In this document: positions 48,501 to 56,709 of the stretch, in pieces | How the letters are laid out: each line of letters starts with the position of its first letter | How positions within the stretch are numbered: the first letter of the stretch is position 1 | Origin: an uncultured Clostridia bacterium | GTDB taxonomy: Bacteria > Bacillota > Clostridia > Christensenellales > UBA1242 | DNA length: 64,000 bases | Assembly: GCA_944376825.1 (NCBI GenBank) | Contig: CALWDY010000014.1 | Coordinates: 119,444-183,443, forward strand | Direction of reading: 5' to 3' | The notes under the pieces: generated by a model | The model's database searches: none | What the model was told of the DNA's origin: nothing | The model's input: the letters and a program-made list of their open reading frames with translations, nothing else | Made by a program: the position numbers and the translations under genes

Positions 48501-48926
48501 TTGAAAGTTATAATCGTTTGATTTTTTAAAAGTTAAATAATTATTTAAAAACTCTTTATTTGGCAACCTTTGAAGCAAAGTTTCGCATAAAACCAAAAGT
48601 ATATCTATGTTGTTTAAATAAAAATCAAAAATGTTTGATATAAATTCAAGCATAGAAGTGTTGTCTTGATTGTACGAAAAAATTGGGGAATTTAATCCAT
48701 AGTTTATAATTCCAACTCTGTGACCAAAACTTGAAAGCGATGCTTTAAGTTCGCTTAGTGTAACAAAGTCCCTGCAAACAATAATACTTTTTTTATTTAC
48801 ATTGTGAATAAGTAAACTTTTTTCTCCACTGCCCATTCCAGACAAAGACAAGCGAATGCTTTTGTTTAAACATTCACTTGCGTTTTTTATATTTACAGAA
48901 TTTTGTATAATGCTAGATATATTCAT
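45510..48926 (-). CDS. mfd: Transcription-repair coupling factor
   Basis: 1138 aa. It has Walker A GDVGYGKTEVALRAA, the DEEH box LLILDEEHRFGV and helicase C blocks (QLKGRIGRS). The ATG overlaps the pth stop (TAATG). Confidence 0.95.
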   Translation of the reverse strand: MNISSIIQNSVNIKNASECLNKSIRLSLSGMGSGEKSLLIHNVNKKSIIVCRDFVTLSELKASLSSFGHRVGIINYGLNSPIFSYNQDNTSMLEFISNIFDFYLNNIDILLVLCETLLQRLPNKEFLNNYLTFKKSNDYNFQNIEYTLTKIGYKRNEYATKKGEFSVRGDIVDIFPINANNPIRLDFFGDNLEKISRFSLDSMKSYGELNEAIFYPATIFIFDENKNAIIENFNNEIKKIKINNDNYSKINDIKSYYLVNFENNSLPINNAFILPFFNFNDNLLSLFSDNLIYFDEPKKIFDDFNLIYNNNLDSINNLIRNGELLPIHSKFNCELKDILKINKYCLFDNYNNSFLKTEKTIHFRTIGTRKYVFDYKALCSDINIYLSSNYKVFLFCGSKTSLNSIGTFLLSNNVNYQLEYKNNNKAQVILLDDYLELSASFLESGIIFIGTNDLVKRTKTQSVTLKKSTKLYLPKIGEYVVHEVHGIGKCIDIKKLNLNGFEKDYFILEYKGGDVLYVPTEQTNLISAFMGSDKKPNLNKIGGLEFSKIKERVKQSVKQLAFDLSKLYAEREKLKGHRYEKGSYLMEEFENAFEYDLTYDQNEAVNDIKKDLYSSKIMDRLICGDVGYGKTEVALRAAYQVVLEGKQVAFLCPTTILSIQHYKTTVKRTKDFMCNVQVLNRFKTKQEQVQILKDLKDGKIDILIGTHRLLSNDVVFKDLGLLILDEEHRFGVADKEKIKNLKKDIDVLTLSATPIPRTLNMAMTGIRDISIIETPPKNRLPVQTYVLEESEVLIVDACNREISRQGQVLIVYNSVEKIYDFAKKIGELLPNARIGVAHGQMPEKILEDVILKLYNGEFDILVATTLIENGIDLPMANTLIVIDADRLGLSQLYQLKGRIGRSDRLAYAYFTYNPTKVLSQDAYKRLDAILEFTELGSGFKIAMRDLEIRGAGNVLGKEQHGHMEKVGYEMYCKLLEEAVSELKGKKKKEELPLKVDISCPAFLPDEYVKGDSERIKLYSQISEISSPMQLEELKKSTFEAFGQLPKELLNLFKIALIKNLCVKLEAKRIVCDAINTKIYLYKKEEIISPKCAETINKHKDICVLKFEDVPIIVLNLKSMSMQEKLDFVINFLVSATNN

Positions 48927-49450
48927 TATTCCCCAAGTTCTTTATGCAAAATTTCTATTGCCTGCAAAATAGACTCATTTAAAATTTCTTGCTTTTCATT
49001 TGGTATTTTTGACACCACAAAATCAGCCAAGTCTTTAAATCTCTCATCTCTGCCAACGCCAATTTTTATGCGATTAAAATCTTCACCAATGTTTAAAACA
49101 ATATTTCTAAGACCATTATGCGTTCCACCACTGCCATTATGTCTTAATCTAACTTTTCCAAGTGGCAAATCTATGTCATCACAAAAAACATATATATCAC
49201 TGCCGTTTAATTTGTATTTTTGTTTTAATTCCCTAATACTTTCGCCAGATAAATTCATATATGTTTGTGGTTTTGCAAGCAGTAATTTTGTGTTTTTTAA
49301 ATAAACACTGCAAGTTTTTGCCTTGCATTCGTTTTTTGTAAAATCGAGTCCATATTCATCACTTAATTTATCAACAGCAAAAAAACCTAGATTGTGATAG
49401 GTGTTATCAAATTCTTTTCCATAATTTCCTAAGCCTACAATAAGTTTCAT
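48926..49450 (-). CDS. pth: Peptidyl-tRNA hydrolase
   Basis: 174 aa. It has the N-terminal LIVGLGNYGKEFDNTYHNLGF block and the GTHNGLRNI block typical of Pth. Confidence 0.9.
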   Translation of the reverse strand: MKLIVGLGNYGKEFDNTYHNLGFFAVDKLSDEYGLDFTKNECKAKTCSVYLKNTKLLLAKPQTYMNLSGESIRELKQKYKLNGSDIYVFCDDIDLPLGKVRLRHNGSGGTHNGLRNIVLNIGEDFNRIKIGVGRDERFKDLADFVVSKIPNEKQEILNESILQAIEILHKELGE

Positions 49451-49460
49451 ATTTATTTCC

Positions 49461-50276
49461 TTAATTTGATTTATTTATTACACTTTCAAATGGCCCAACA
49501 ACAATATTTTCAGAAATTCTGCTCTCTTCAATGTATGAATATTTTATAACACAATTATTTGAAATTATGCTGTCCTTTATAACATTATTTGGCTCAATCA
49601 CACAATTTTTGCCAATATATGTAAGACCATATAGTGCATTATTTTGTTTTATTACTGTGCCACTTTCAATAACAACATTTGCATCAATATGAACAGAGTT
49701 CTTATCATCGATAATAATTCCGTTTTTTATGTGGAAATCTATTATTCTATTTTTTATAATTTTATTTACTTCATAAAGTGCTGTTGCACTATCCACAACA
49801 AAAAAATCTTGTTTTGTTCCAAATTCACTTGATGGCATACCAATTAAACTTTCTGCACTTTTAATGTATTCTGTGTTAAACACATAACCGCGTTGTAATT
49901 TAAGCACATTTGTTTGTTTTGCCCTAACATACTGCAAAGCACTAACAAAAGTGGAGCTTGAAAAAAGTGGCGTATCGCTATACAAAACAAAAGTCCATTT
50001 TTTTGTGTTTAAATATGGTTTAATTAAAGTCAAAATATCACTTTCTTCTGTGCAAACTGTTGTTTTAATTTCACAATCAAGACAACTGAGTGCCACCCAT
50101 TCCCACATCTTCTTTCCACAAATATCAATGTCATAAGGAGTTCTTGTGGCAACAAAATCAAAATTTTTGTTTAGTAAAATTATAACTAAAACATCATTTT
50201 TAATCCAACTATCATCGTCTTGTTTTAAAGGCATAATGCCAATTTCATTTTCTTTTTCTAATATCATTGTTTCCAT
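49461..50276 (-). CDS. GlmU-like protein: short, apparently degenerate nucleotidyltransferase domain plus a few left-handed beta-helix hexapeptide repeats
   Basis: 271 aa at the position glmU occupies upstream of pth in Firmicutes. LYSDTPLF aligns with the GDvPLi block, and C-terminal hexapeptide-like repeats are present (IDANVVIESGTVI, IGKNCVIEPNNVI). The N-terminal GxGTRM motif is not recognisable, and the C-terminal acetyltransferase part is truncated. Confidence 0.5.
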   Translation of the reverse strand: METMILEKENEIGIMPLKQDDDSWIKNDVLVIILLNKNFDFVATRTPYDIDICGKKMWEWVALSCLDCEIKTTVCTEESDILTLIKPYLNTKKWTFVLYSDTPLFSSSTFVSALQYVRAKQTNVLKLQRGYVFNTEYIKSAESLIGMPSSEFGTKQDFFVVDSATALYEVNKIIKNRIIDFHIKNGIIIDDKNSVHIDANVVIESGTVIKQNNALYGLTYIGKNCVIEPNNVIKDSIISNNCVIKYSYIEESRISENIVVGPFESVINKSN

Positions 50277-50379
50277 GCTTTAAGTTTAATGCTAAAAAAA
50301 AGTGTTGTCAATAAAAAAACAACTCAACAATTTAAACAAAAAGGTTTTGTTGTTTCTTGTTAAGTAGTTTTTATTATAT

Positions 50380-51378
50380 TCAAGTTCTAGAATTTAATGG
50401 CACTTCAACAAATCCAGAATCAAATGTTACATCAACATTTATGGTGCAATCCGTTGAGATGTCTATCATAATGCATGAAAACACCGAACTTAAATCAGTG
50501 TTATTTTGAACTCCAGATGCCAACAAGTCTCCATCTTTTAACACTTTAATTGAATAAGAACCTGGACCTGGCATTCCGTCGGGTTGTGAATAATCAATAA
50601 TTTCTATTTCACCCACTGTCATGTCCCAATTTATATTGTTAGATGACACAGTCGGCTCCATTCCAACCAAAATTAAATATAATTTGCTTTTAACTTTAAT
50701 TTTTTCGCCATCTTGAACTTGCAAGAGCTCTTGCCCACCATCGACAGCATAAGCCTCTGCCCCTGTAATTGAAACCAAATTTCCAGAAGTCGACAGCGAA
50801 ACCGTTAAATCATAATTAAAATCTACATTTACCGACTTTGTTGCATCATCTAAACAATACGCTATAATAACATTTTCACCATTATTTGTTTTTTTAATGT
50901 TTGTTAAATTTGCAGTTAAATATGTTATACTATTTACATCTTGCATATTGGCACTAGTGTTTTGTAAAGTTATATCTATATCAACACTTGAACTTAAATT
51001 TTTAATATTAATAACTATATAATATGTAAATGCATCATTATAATTGATATTTATATTACTCGCAGAAGATGTACCCGTTTCCAACAAACTGTTATATGGT
51101 TCAAATTGCAAAACGGGTTGTCCATGCAAGTTTTGTATTTCTGTAAAATTTTTGTTTTGCAAATTGTCCACTTGTGTTTTTAGTGAACTTTGATTGTACT
51201 TATTTGCATCTTTAAAAATTTTTGTTGTTATCTCAACATAAGCTTTTTCTACATTGTAACTTACAGTTCCCGATATGTTGTAGTTAACATTAATTGCAGC
51301 ATAAACGCCAAAGCAAAACATAAAAACAACGAAACAAAACGATGCTATTGTAACAAACAATTTTAATTTCTTTTTCAT
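50380..51378 (-). CDS. Hypothetical secreted/anchored beta-rich protein (possible TasA/camelysin-like fold, unverified)
   Basis: 332 aa. The N-terminus is MKKKLKLF plus a hydrophobic helix ending in GVYAA, followed by N/S/T/V-rich sequence. The RBS is AGGAGG. It is divergent from the XRE gene. Confidence 0.55.
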   Translation of the reverse strand: MKKKLKLFVTIASFCFVVFMFCFGVYAAINVNYNISGTVSYNVEKAYVEITTKIFKDANKYNQSSLKTQVDNLQNKNFTEIQNLHGQPVLQFEPYNSLLETGTSSASNININYNDAFTYYIVINIKNLSSSVDIDITLQNTSANMQDVNSITYLTANLTNIKKTNNGENVIIAYCLDDATKSVNVDFNYDLTVSLSTSGNLVSITGAEAYAVDGGQELLQVQDGEKIKVKSKLYLILVGMEPTVSSNNINWDMTVGEIEIIDYSQPDGMPGPGSYSIKVLKDGDLLASGVQNNTDLSSVFSCIMIDISTDCTINVDVTFDSGFVEVPLNSRT

Positions 51379-51395
51379 TTATCCTCCTCACAAAA

Positions 51396-51436
51396 ATAAT
51401 ATCCTACATTTTGTAGAAATGTCAACAATTTGTAGG
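51396..51436 (-). promoter_or_regulatory. Candidate promoter of the 332-aa gene (TTGACA-18-TATTAT) with operator-like CTACA/TGTAG repeats
   Basis: On the minus strand, TTGACA is at 51425..51420 and TATTAT at 51401..51396. The palindrome CTACA-N3-TGTAG (51404..51416) lies in the spacer. The outer inverted repeat is CCTACA (51403..51408) with TGTAGG (51431..51436). Confidence 0.4.
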
Positions 51437-51459
51437 AGATTTTTTAATAATAAAATAAA

Positions 51460-51672
51460 ATGAAGAACAATTATTTTGGAAAAACATTAAAATCTTTAAG
51501 AATAGAAAAAGGACTCTCCCAAAGAAAATTAGGAGAAGCCCTTAAAGTTGTCAACCAAACGATAAGTTTTTGGGAAAACGGAAGCAGAGAACCAGATTTG
51601 GATACATTGTTAAAAATTGCACATTTTTTTGAAGTCCCCGTTTCATATCTTATTGATGAAAACTTTATTTAG
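51460..51672 (+). CDS. XRE-family helix-turn-helix transcriptional regulator
   Basis: 70 aa with a classic Cro/C1-type HTH: LRIEKGLSQRKLGEALKVVNQTISFWENGSREPDLDTLLKIAHFFEV. No SD is present upstream, so it may be leaderless. Confidence 0.8.
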   Translation: MKNNYFGKTLKSLRIEKGLSQRKLGEALKVVNQTISFWENGSREPDLDTLLKIAHFFEVPVSYLIDENFI

Positions 51673-53170
51673 CAACTATTTGCACCTTGCCTTCTAGATA
51701 TGAATTAAATAAATTTTCCAAATTTTTACCAGTTCCTTTTGAAAAACATTTAATTACATCAGTTGGAGTTACAATTTCATATGCATTATTTGAGTAATAA
51801 TATTTTAAAGCACTGTCAAACTTTTTTTCTCCAACAAGTTCATAAACTGTTGAAAACATAAGCATACCCTTTACATATGTATTATAAACATATTCAGGTT
51901 CAGTATTAAACTCATCTAATGCCCTATTCATGCTGGTATCAACTTCGCCCAAAACATCACTATACACCTTCATAAAGGTTGTGTATGAAAAAGTTGCCGA
52001 CCTTATCATATTCTCCATTGTTCTTTCATACTGTGGATAATTATCAAAGAAATAAACTGTACAAAACTCCGTTAGTCCTTCATCAATCCAACCATAATCA
52101 AATTGATTGTTTCCAACAACGCCATACCACCATTGGTGACATAATTCGTGTACAACAACCACTCTATATGTAGAATAATCTTCTATATCGTCGCTAATTA
52201 AAACCAAATTTGGATATTCCATTCCACCATGTACAAAATTTGTTTCAACAATACTAATATTTTCATATGGATACTGTCCAATTTTTTCTTCAAAAAAACT
52301 AAGGGCATTTTCTATTAAAAGCATAGTCTCATCGGCATTGTCATCGCTTGTGTAAAAATAGTTTATGTTTACTCTATCATCGTACTTTTTTGTTTTTGTT
52401 TCAAATTTGTTTGATAAAACCAAGCCAAAATCTCTAACACAAAAAGCATTTATTTTTGTTGTTTTTACTGCATCGTTTTCTATTTCTTCAATTTTGTTTC
52501 CACTTGATGCCAAGATGTAATTTTTAGGATAAGTAATTTGCACCTCATAGTTACTTACTTCACTATAAAATGGGTCGCCGTTAGAGTTATATAAATCGCA
52601 AACAAATTCGCCGTCTTCATACACGCATGCAATTGGATAGAAATTGCATAAATTAACTGCATTTTCTCCATAACCAAGTCTGTGATTTACATTTGCAAGC
52701 GTAACTGTGTAATCTATGTAAATTTCAACCCTATCGTTTGGATATAATTCATTATTAAGTGGAACTTCTAATATGTTTTCATCTTCTCCACCAACAACAA
52801 ACTCCATGTTATTTTCGCCAATTTTTACAGTTTCAATTTCAATTTTGCCATAACTTTTACCGTTTGGATATGCTTTTTGTGTGTTTGCCAAACTCACAAC
52901 ACTTGCTTTTGCACCTTCTCTAAACGCGTTCGCATATAAATGAAATTTTATCTCACTAAGCGTATTATCACTTGTGTTTATGTAATCAATGCACTGAGTT
53001 GCATCTAATGTTTGCAAACTCTCATCGTAAACAATATTTAAACTGTATGATGTTAAGTCTTTTTTATACTCAAAGTTATTTGCACAACCTACAAAAATAA
53101 AAATGGATAAACCAATTAAAACAAATGATAAAAATTTTTTCATAACTCTCCTGCACAATAATTTATGCAC
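51665..53170 (-). CDS. M1-family zinc metallopeptidase (aminopeptidase N-like) lipoprotein
   Basis: It has the gluzincin signature HELCHQWWYG followed by WIDEGLTEF (HExxH-x18-E). The signal peptide has an FVGC lipobox. Confidence 0.8.
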   Translation of the reverse strand: MHKLLCRRVMKKFLSFVLIGLSIFIFVGCANNFEYKKDLTSYSLNIVYDESLQTLDATQCIDYINTSDNTLSEIKFHLYANAFREGAKASVVSLANTQKAYPNGKSYGKIEIETVKIGENNMEFVVGGEDENILEVPLNNELYPNDRVEIYIDYTVTLANVNHRLGYGENAVNLCNFYPIACVYEDGEFVCDLYNSNGDPFYSEVSNYEVQITYPKNYILASSGNKIEEIENDAVKTTKINAFCVRDFGLVLSNKFETKTKKYDDRVNINYFYTSDDNADETMLLIENALSFFEEKIGQYPYENISIVETNFVHGGMEYPNLVLISDDIEDYSTYRVVVVHELCHQWWYGVVGNNQFDYGWIDEGLTEFCTVYFFDNYPQYERTMENMIRSATFSYTTFMKVYSDVLGEVDTSMNRALDEFNTEPEYVYNTYVKGMLMFSTVYELVGEKKFDSALKYYYSNNAYEIVTPTDVIKCFSKGTGKNLENLFNSYLEGKVQIVAK

Positions 53171-53257
53171 AATTAAACTAATTTATGTTTAATTTAAAAA
53201 TCATTGTAAAATAAATTTGTATATGCTAAAATGTACTAAGTTTAAAATGAGGATTTT

Positions 53258-54712
53258 ATGAGTTTTTGCAGTTATTCATCACAAATAATAGTTGACAATA
53301 AAACACCAATAGACAATATGTTTATAACTTCTTTTATGCCATACGCACCAAGTGATTGCGTTAAAGTTTATTTGTATGGTCTTTTTGCTTGCAGTGATGC
53401 AAACTCTTCACACAATACGATAGATGAGTTTGCAAAGGCACTTAATATGTCTGCGCAAGACATTGAAAGTTCGTTTTTGTATTGGCAAGAACAAGGCCTT
53501 GTTCAAATATTAGACACAATACCATTTCAAGTAAAATATATGCCAATTAAAAACGCCCTCATTAAACACCCAAAAATAAGCCAACAAAAATACGCTTCAT
53601 TTAATATTTCTGCACAAGAAATTTTAAGTGGAAGAATGATTACTCCAAATGAATACTATGAATATTATGCAACACTTGAAAGTTTGCACATGGAACAAAG
53701 TGCGCTACTTATGATAATGAAATATTGCACCGACCTTAAAGGAAACAATGTTGGATACCCTTACATTTTAACTGTTGCAAAAAATTGGGCAAAAGATGGC
53801 GTTGTAACTTCTATGGCAGTAAATGAAAAATTGCTTGGATATGAAAAACAAAATGAAGACTTAAATCTTGTTTTAAAAGCAATAGGAATTAAACGCAATG
53901 CAGACATAGATGAAAGAGATTTATACGAAAAATGGCTAGCAATGGGATTTTTAAATAATGTAATAATTTATGTGACAAAATTAAACAAAAAAGCAAAAAA
54001 ATCTGTTAATTTTAAATATTTAGATGCTATATTTGAAAAATATTACACAATGCACTTGTTTTCTATTTTAGAAATTGAAGCATATGAAAATCATAAATCT
54101 GCACTATTTAATTTAGCAAAAAACATATGCAAAAATCTTGGTGTATACTATGAAGATATTGAACCTGTTGTTGAAAACTATATAATAAATTGGACAAACA
54201 TGGGCTATGATGAAGAAACTCTGTTAAAAATTAGCAACTATTGTTTTAAAAGTTCAATAAGAACACTTGAATATATGGACAAACAAATTTTAAAATTTTA
54301 TAAACTTGGAATAACAAACACCCAAAGTTTAAATGAGTATTTTGATGAAATTTTAAATTTTGAAGCACAAATTAAACAAATACTAGAAAATCTTGGACTA
54401 AATAGAAATGTAAACAATATGGACAGAGATTTTTATAGAAATTGGAAAGATAATTGGAAAATGTCAAACGAACTTATAGATTATGCAACTTCCCTTGCAA
54501 ACGGCAAAACTCAACCACTTGTTTTTATGAATAAAATTTTAAGCACATGGCATGAAAAAAATATAACAGATGTTGAAAACGCAAAACTTTGCGAAGTTAA
54601 GCAAGATAAAAAAGAAACAAGCAAAACTAACAAATCCAATTATGAAAATAGAACATATACAAATGAAGAAATAAATTCGCTTTTTACAAATCTTGAAGAG
54701 ATTGAAATTTAA
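53258..54712 (+). CDS. Replication initiation/membrane attachment protein of the Firmicute DnaB/DnaD-domain type (not the replicative helicase)
   Basis: 484 aa with two DnaD-like C-terminal-type segments (ILTVAKNWAKDGVVT and MNKILSTWHEKNITDVENA). It lies immediately upstream of the dnaI-like gene, as in the B. subtilis dnaB-dnaI pair. Confidence 0.55.
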   Translation: MSFCSYSSQIIVDNKTPIDNMFITSFMPYAPSDCVKVYLYGLFACSDANSSHNTIDEFAKALNMSAQDIESSFLYWQEQGLVQILDTIPFQVKYMPIKNALIKHPKISQQKYASFNISAQEILSGRMITPNEYYEYYATLESLHMEQSALLMIMKYCTDLKGNNVGYPYILTVAKNWAKDGVVTSMAVNEKLLGYEKQNEDLNLVLKAIGIKRNADIDERDLYEKWLAMGFLNNVIIYVTKLNKKAKKSVNFKYLDAIFEKYYTMHLFSILEIEAYENHKSALFNLAKNICKNLGVYYEDIEPVVENYIINWTNMGYDEETLLKISNYCFKSSIRTLEYMDKQILKFYKLGITNTQSLNEYFDEILNFEAQIKQILENLGLNRNVNNMDRDFYRNWKDNWKMSNELIDYATSLANGKTQPLVFMNKILSTWHEKNITDVENAKLCEVKQDKKETSKTNKSNYENRTYTNEEINSLFTNLEEIEI

Positions 54713-54721
54713 GGAGAAAAT

Positions 54722-55645
54722 ATGATAAGCAAAAATGTTTTATATAATGCATTAGACAAAATAAACCAAAACAAAAAAAATGCAGATTTAATTGCTAATA
54801 ACAACTTGCAAAATGCACTTAAATATAGTGAATTTAGTGAAATTTACAAACTTGAAAAACAAGCACAAATTGAAACTGCAAGATGTGAAGTTTATGGACT
54901 AAACAACAATTTTGAGTTAGATAAAATTGCACAGCAAAAAAGTAAAATTTTAAAAAAGTTAAACATTGACGAAAGCACGCTAGAACCAAAATATACTTGC
55001 AAAAAATGTGATGACACAGGTTATGAGAATGGAAAAATGTGTGCTTGTTTAAAAAAACAAATAAACGAAGAACTTTATAAACAAAGTGGACTTAACCACA
55101 AATTAAATTGCTTCAACAAAGATAATTGTAAAGTTTTTGATGATACAAAAAAAATAGAGCAAATTTACCAAAACATGCAAAAATGGTGTGATTCACCCTC
55201 TTCAAATTACCTTAACATTATTTTAACAGGAAAAACAGGCGTTGGAAAAACTTACCTTATGGAATGCATGGCAGATAACTTAATTAAAAATGAAAATATA
55301 GTGTTTTGGACAAGTGCTTTCAACTTAAATCAATTATTATTAAAATATCACACAACTTTTGATGAAACAAAATTAGATTATATTTCCAATTTACTTGATG
55401 CAGATTATTTGTTTATTGATGACCTAGGAACTGAACCTATACTTAAAAATGTTACAGTTGAAGGCTTATATAATATAATTAGTGAAAGAGTTGAGAATAA
55501 TAAAAAAACAATAATATCAACAAACCTAAACCCTGATGAAATTCAACAAACATACGGCGAAAGAATTTTTTCTAGACTTTTAAATAAATCTAATTCTCTT
55601 TGCATAAACATAGAAAATAAAGATTTAAGACTTATAAAAAAATAA
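54722..55645 (+). CDS. dnaI: Primosomal helicase loader DnaI (DnaC/IstB-like AAA+ ATPase)
   Basis: It has an N-terminal Cys cluster (CKKCDDTGY..MCAC), Walker A LTGKTGVGKTYL and Walker B YLFIDDLGTE. The RBS GGAGAA lies 4 nt upstream of the ATG. Confidence 0.75.
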   Translation: MISKNVLYNALDKINQNKKNADLIANNNLQNALKYSEFSEIYKLEKQAQIETARCEVYGLNNNFELDKIAQQKSKILKKLNIDESTLEPKYTCKKCDDTGYENGKMCACLKKQINEELYKQSGLNHKLNCFNKDNCKVFDDTKKIEQIYQNMQKWCDSPSSNYLNIILTGKTGVGKTYLMECMADNLIKNENIVFWTSAFNLNQLLLKYHTTFDETKLDYISNLLDADYLFIDDLGTEPILKNVTVEGLYNIISERVENNKKTIISTNLNPDEIQQTYGERIFSRLLNKSNSLCINIENKDLRLIKK

Positions 55646-55663
55646 AACCATCAAAGGTTTTAT
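55643..55663. terminator. Candidate bidirectional terminator between dnaI and the HD-domain gene
   Basis: ATAAAACC/GGTTTTAT 8-bp stem with a 5-nt loop, flanked by A and T runs. It overlaps both stop codons. Confidence 0.4.
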
Positions 55664-56250
55664 TTTTTTATTTGCTCATCTAAGTATGTCGCTTCTATAT
55701 CTGCTAAATGGAATAATAGTGCAAGTGGATATTTATAGTAGATATCTGTTAAACTAACACCTGCTTTTGCACGCATATCATATTCGCCCATATGCCAATT
55801 TATGCACATTGCTTCTTCACGAGTTAAGCGAATAAATCCATTTACAATATAAACTGATTTTTCGCCATGACCATATGGCAATCTGTCATTTACTGTATAA
55901 TATGGTTTTTGTATCCATATTCCATTTTCTTTAACATTTCTAAGTTCTGTTGCATATGTGTCAACCTTGCACAAATCGTGAAAAAGTGCAATTATTGTGG
56001 CACTTTCCAAAGAACAATGCTCTTGCCAATTTTCACCATATTCACTTTCAAGTATTTTTAAAAATCTATTGTACACATTTAAAGTATGCAAACAAAGTCC
56101 ACCTTCAACATTTGAATGATACCTTGTTGATGCAGGTGCAGAAAAGAAATCTGTTTTACTTAGCCAGTCAACAAGATTTTCTATTCCTTCTCTTTTTATA
56201 TTATTTTTTATAAGTTCCAAAAATTTTAATTTGTTTTCATTTGTTTCCAT
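55660..56250 (-). CDS. HD-domain metal-dependent phosphohydrolase
   Basis: 196 aa with YHSNVEGGLCLHTLNV (His) and IIALFHDLCK (HD dyad) motifs. Confidence 0.6.
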   Translation of the reverse strand: METNENKLKFLELIKNNIKREGIENLVDWLSKTDFFSAPASTRYHSNVEGGLCLHTLNVYNRFLKILESEYGENWQEHCSLESATIIALFHDLCKVDTYATELRNVKENGIWIQKPYYTVNDRLPYGHGEKSVYIVNGFIRLTREEAMCINWHMGEYDMRAKAGVSLTDIYYKYPLALLFHLADIEATYLDEQIKK

Positions 56251-56316
56251 GTTCCCACCATGATAAGTATAACAAACAATTCACTTTATTTGCAACTTTA
56301 ATCATAAATATATTAT

Positions 56317-56484
56317 ATGAAAGATTTATCTCCCGAAGAACTCACTTCTCTTGCAACAATATACAGTGTTGAACTTTCTAAAAAATGCACAATTAAAGAA
56401 CTTCAAACATATAGATCTTTCTTTCTTGCCGTGTCTAATAATCTTTTAACAATAATATCAGAAAGATTAAACACAAACAAATAA
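56317..56484 (+). CDS. Unlisted small ORF (55 aa), hypothetical helical protein
   Basis: It runs from ATG at 56317 to TAA at 56482..56484. Translation: MKDLSPEELTSLATIYSVELSKKCTIKELQTYRSFFLAVSNNLLTIISERLNTNK. It fills an otherwise empty 250-bp gap and ends in a strong palindromic terminator. No obvious SD. Confidence 0.35.
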   Translation: MKDLSPEELTSLATIYSVELSKKCTIKELQTYRSFFLAVSNNLLTIISERLNTNK

Positions 56485-56510
56485 GACATCATATGATGTC
56501 TTATTTGTTT
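56475..56510. terminator. Bidirectional terminator: 36-nt perfect palindrome
   Basis: AAACAAATAAGACATCAT|ATGATGTCTTATTTGTTT is perfectly self-complementary. It lies between the small plus-strand ORF and the convergent DUF1858-like gene and overlaps both stop codons. Confidence 0.55.
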
Positions 56511-56698
56511 TCTTCATTTAATTTTTTAATTAAAAAGTCTATGTCAACACCGTGCACTTCTGCTGCTTCTTCAAGTGTTTCCATTTGACTTAATGGACAA
56601 CTAAAACAATGCATCCCAAAGCCCATTAAAACATCTGCAAGATCTTCGTTTTCTTGCAACACTTCGCCAAGTGTCCATTCTTTTGTTATTTTACTCAT
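56501..56698 (-). CDS. DUF1858-type small protein (hybrid-cluster-protein-associated redox disulfide domain family)
   Basis: 65 aa. TLGEVLQENEDLADVLMGFGMHCFSCPLSQMETLEEAAEVHGVD matches the remembered family pattern (C..C followed by ETLEEAA..HG.D). Confidence 0.5.
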   Translation of the reverse strand: MSKITKEWTLGEVLQENEDLADVLMGFGMHCFSCPLSQMETLEEAAEVHGVDIDFLIKKLNEENK

Positions 56699-56709
56699 AA
56701 AATCTCCTT

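Noticed and set aside
53258-56250. The DnaD-domain protein, DnaI-like ATPase and HD protein as a phage or ICE replication module linked to the T4SS genes
   Set aside because: The sizes and architectures match the chromosomal Firmicute dnaB-dnaI pair: two DnaD-like segments in a 484-aa protein, and a zinc-cluster N-terminus plus AAA+ domain in a 307-aa protein. Unrelated genes separate them from the T4SS cluster. I keep this as a low-probability alternative only.
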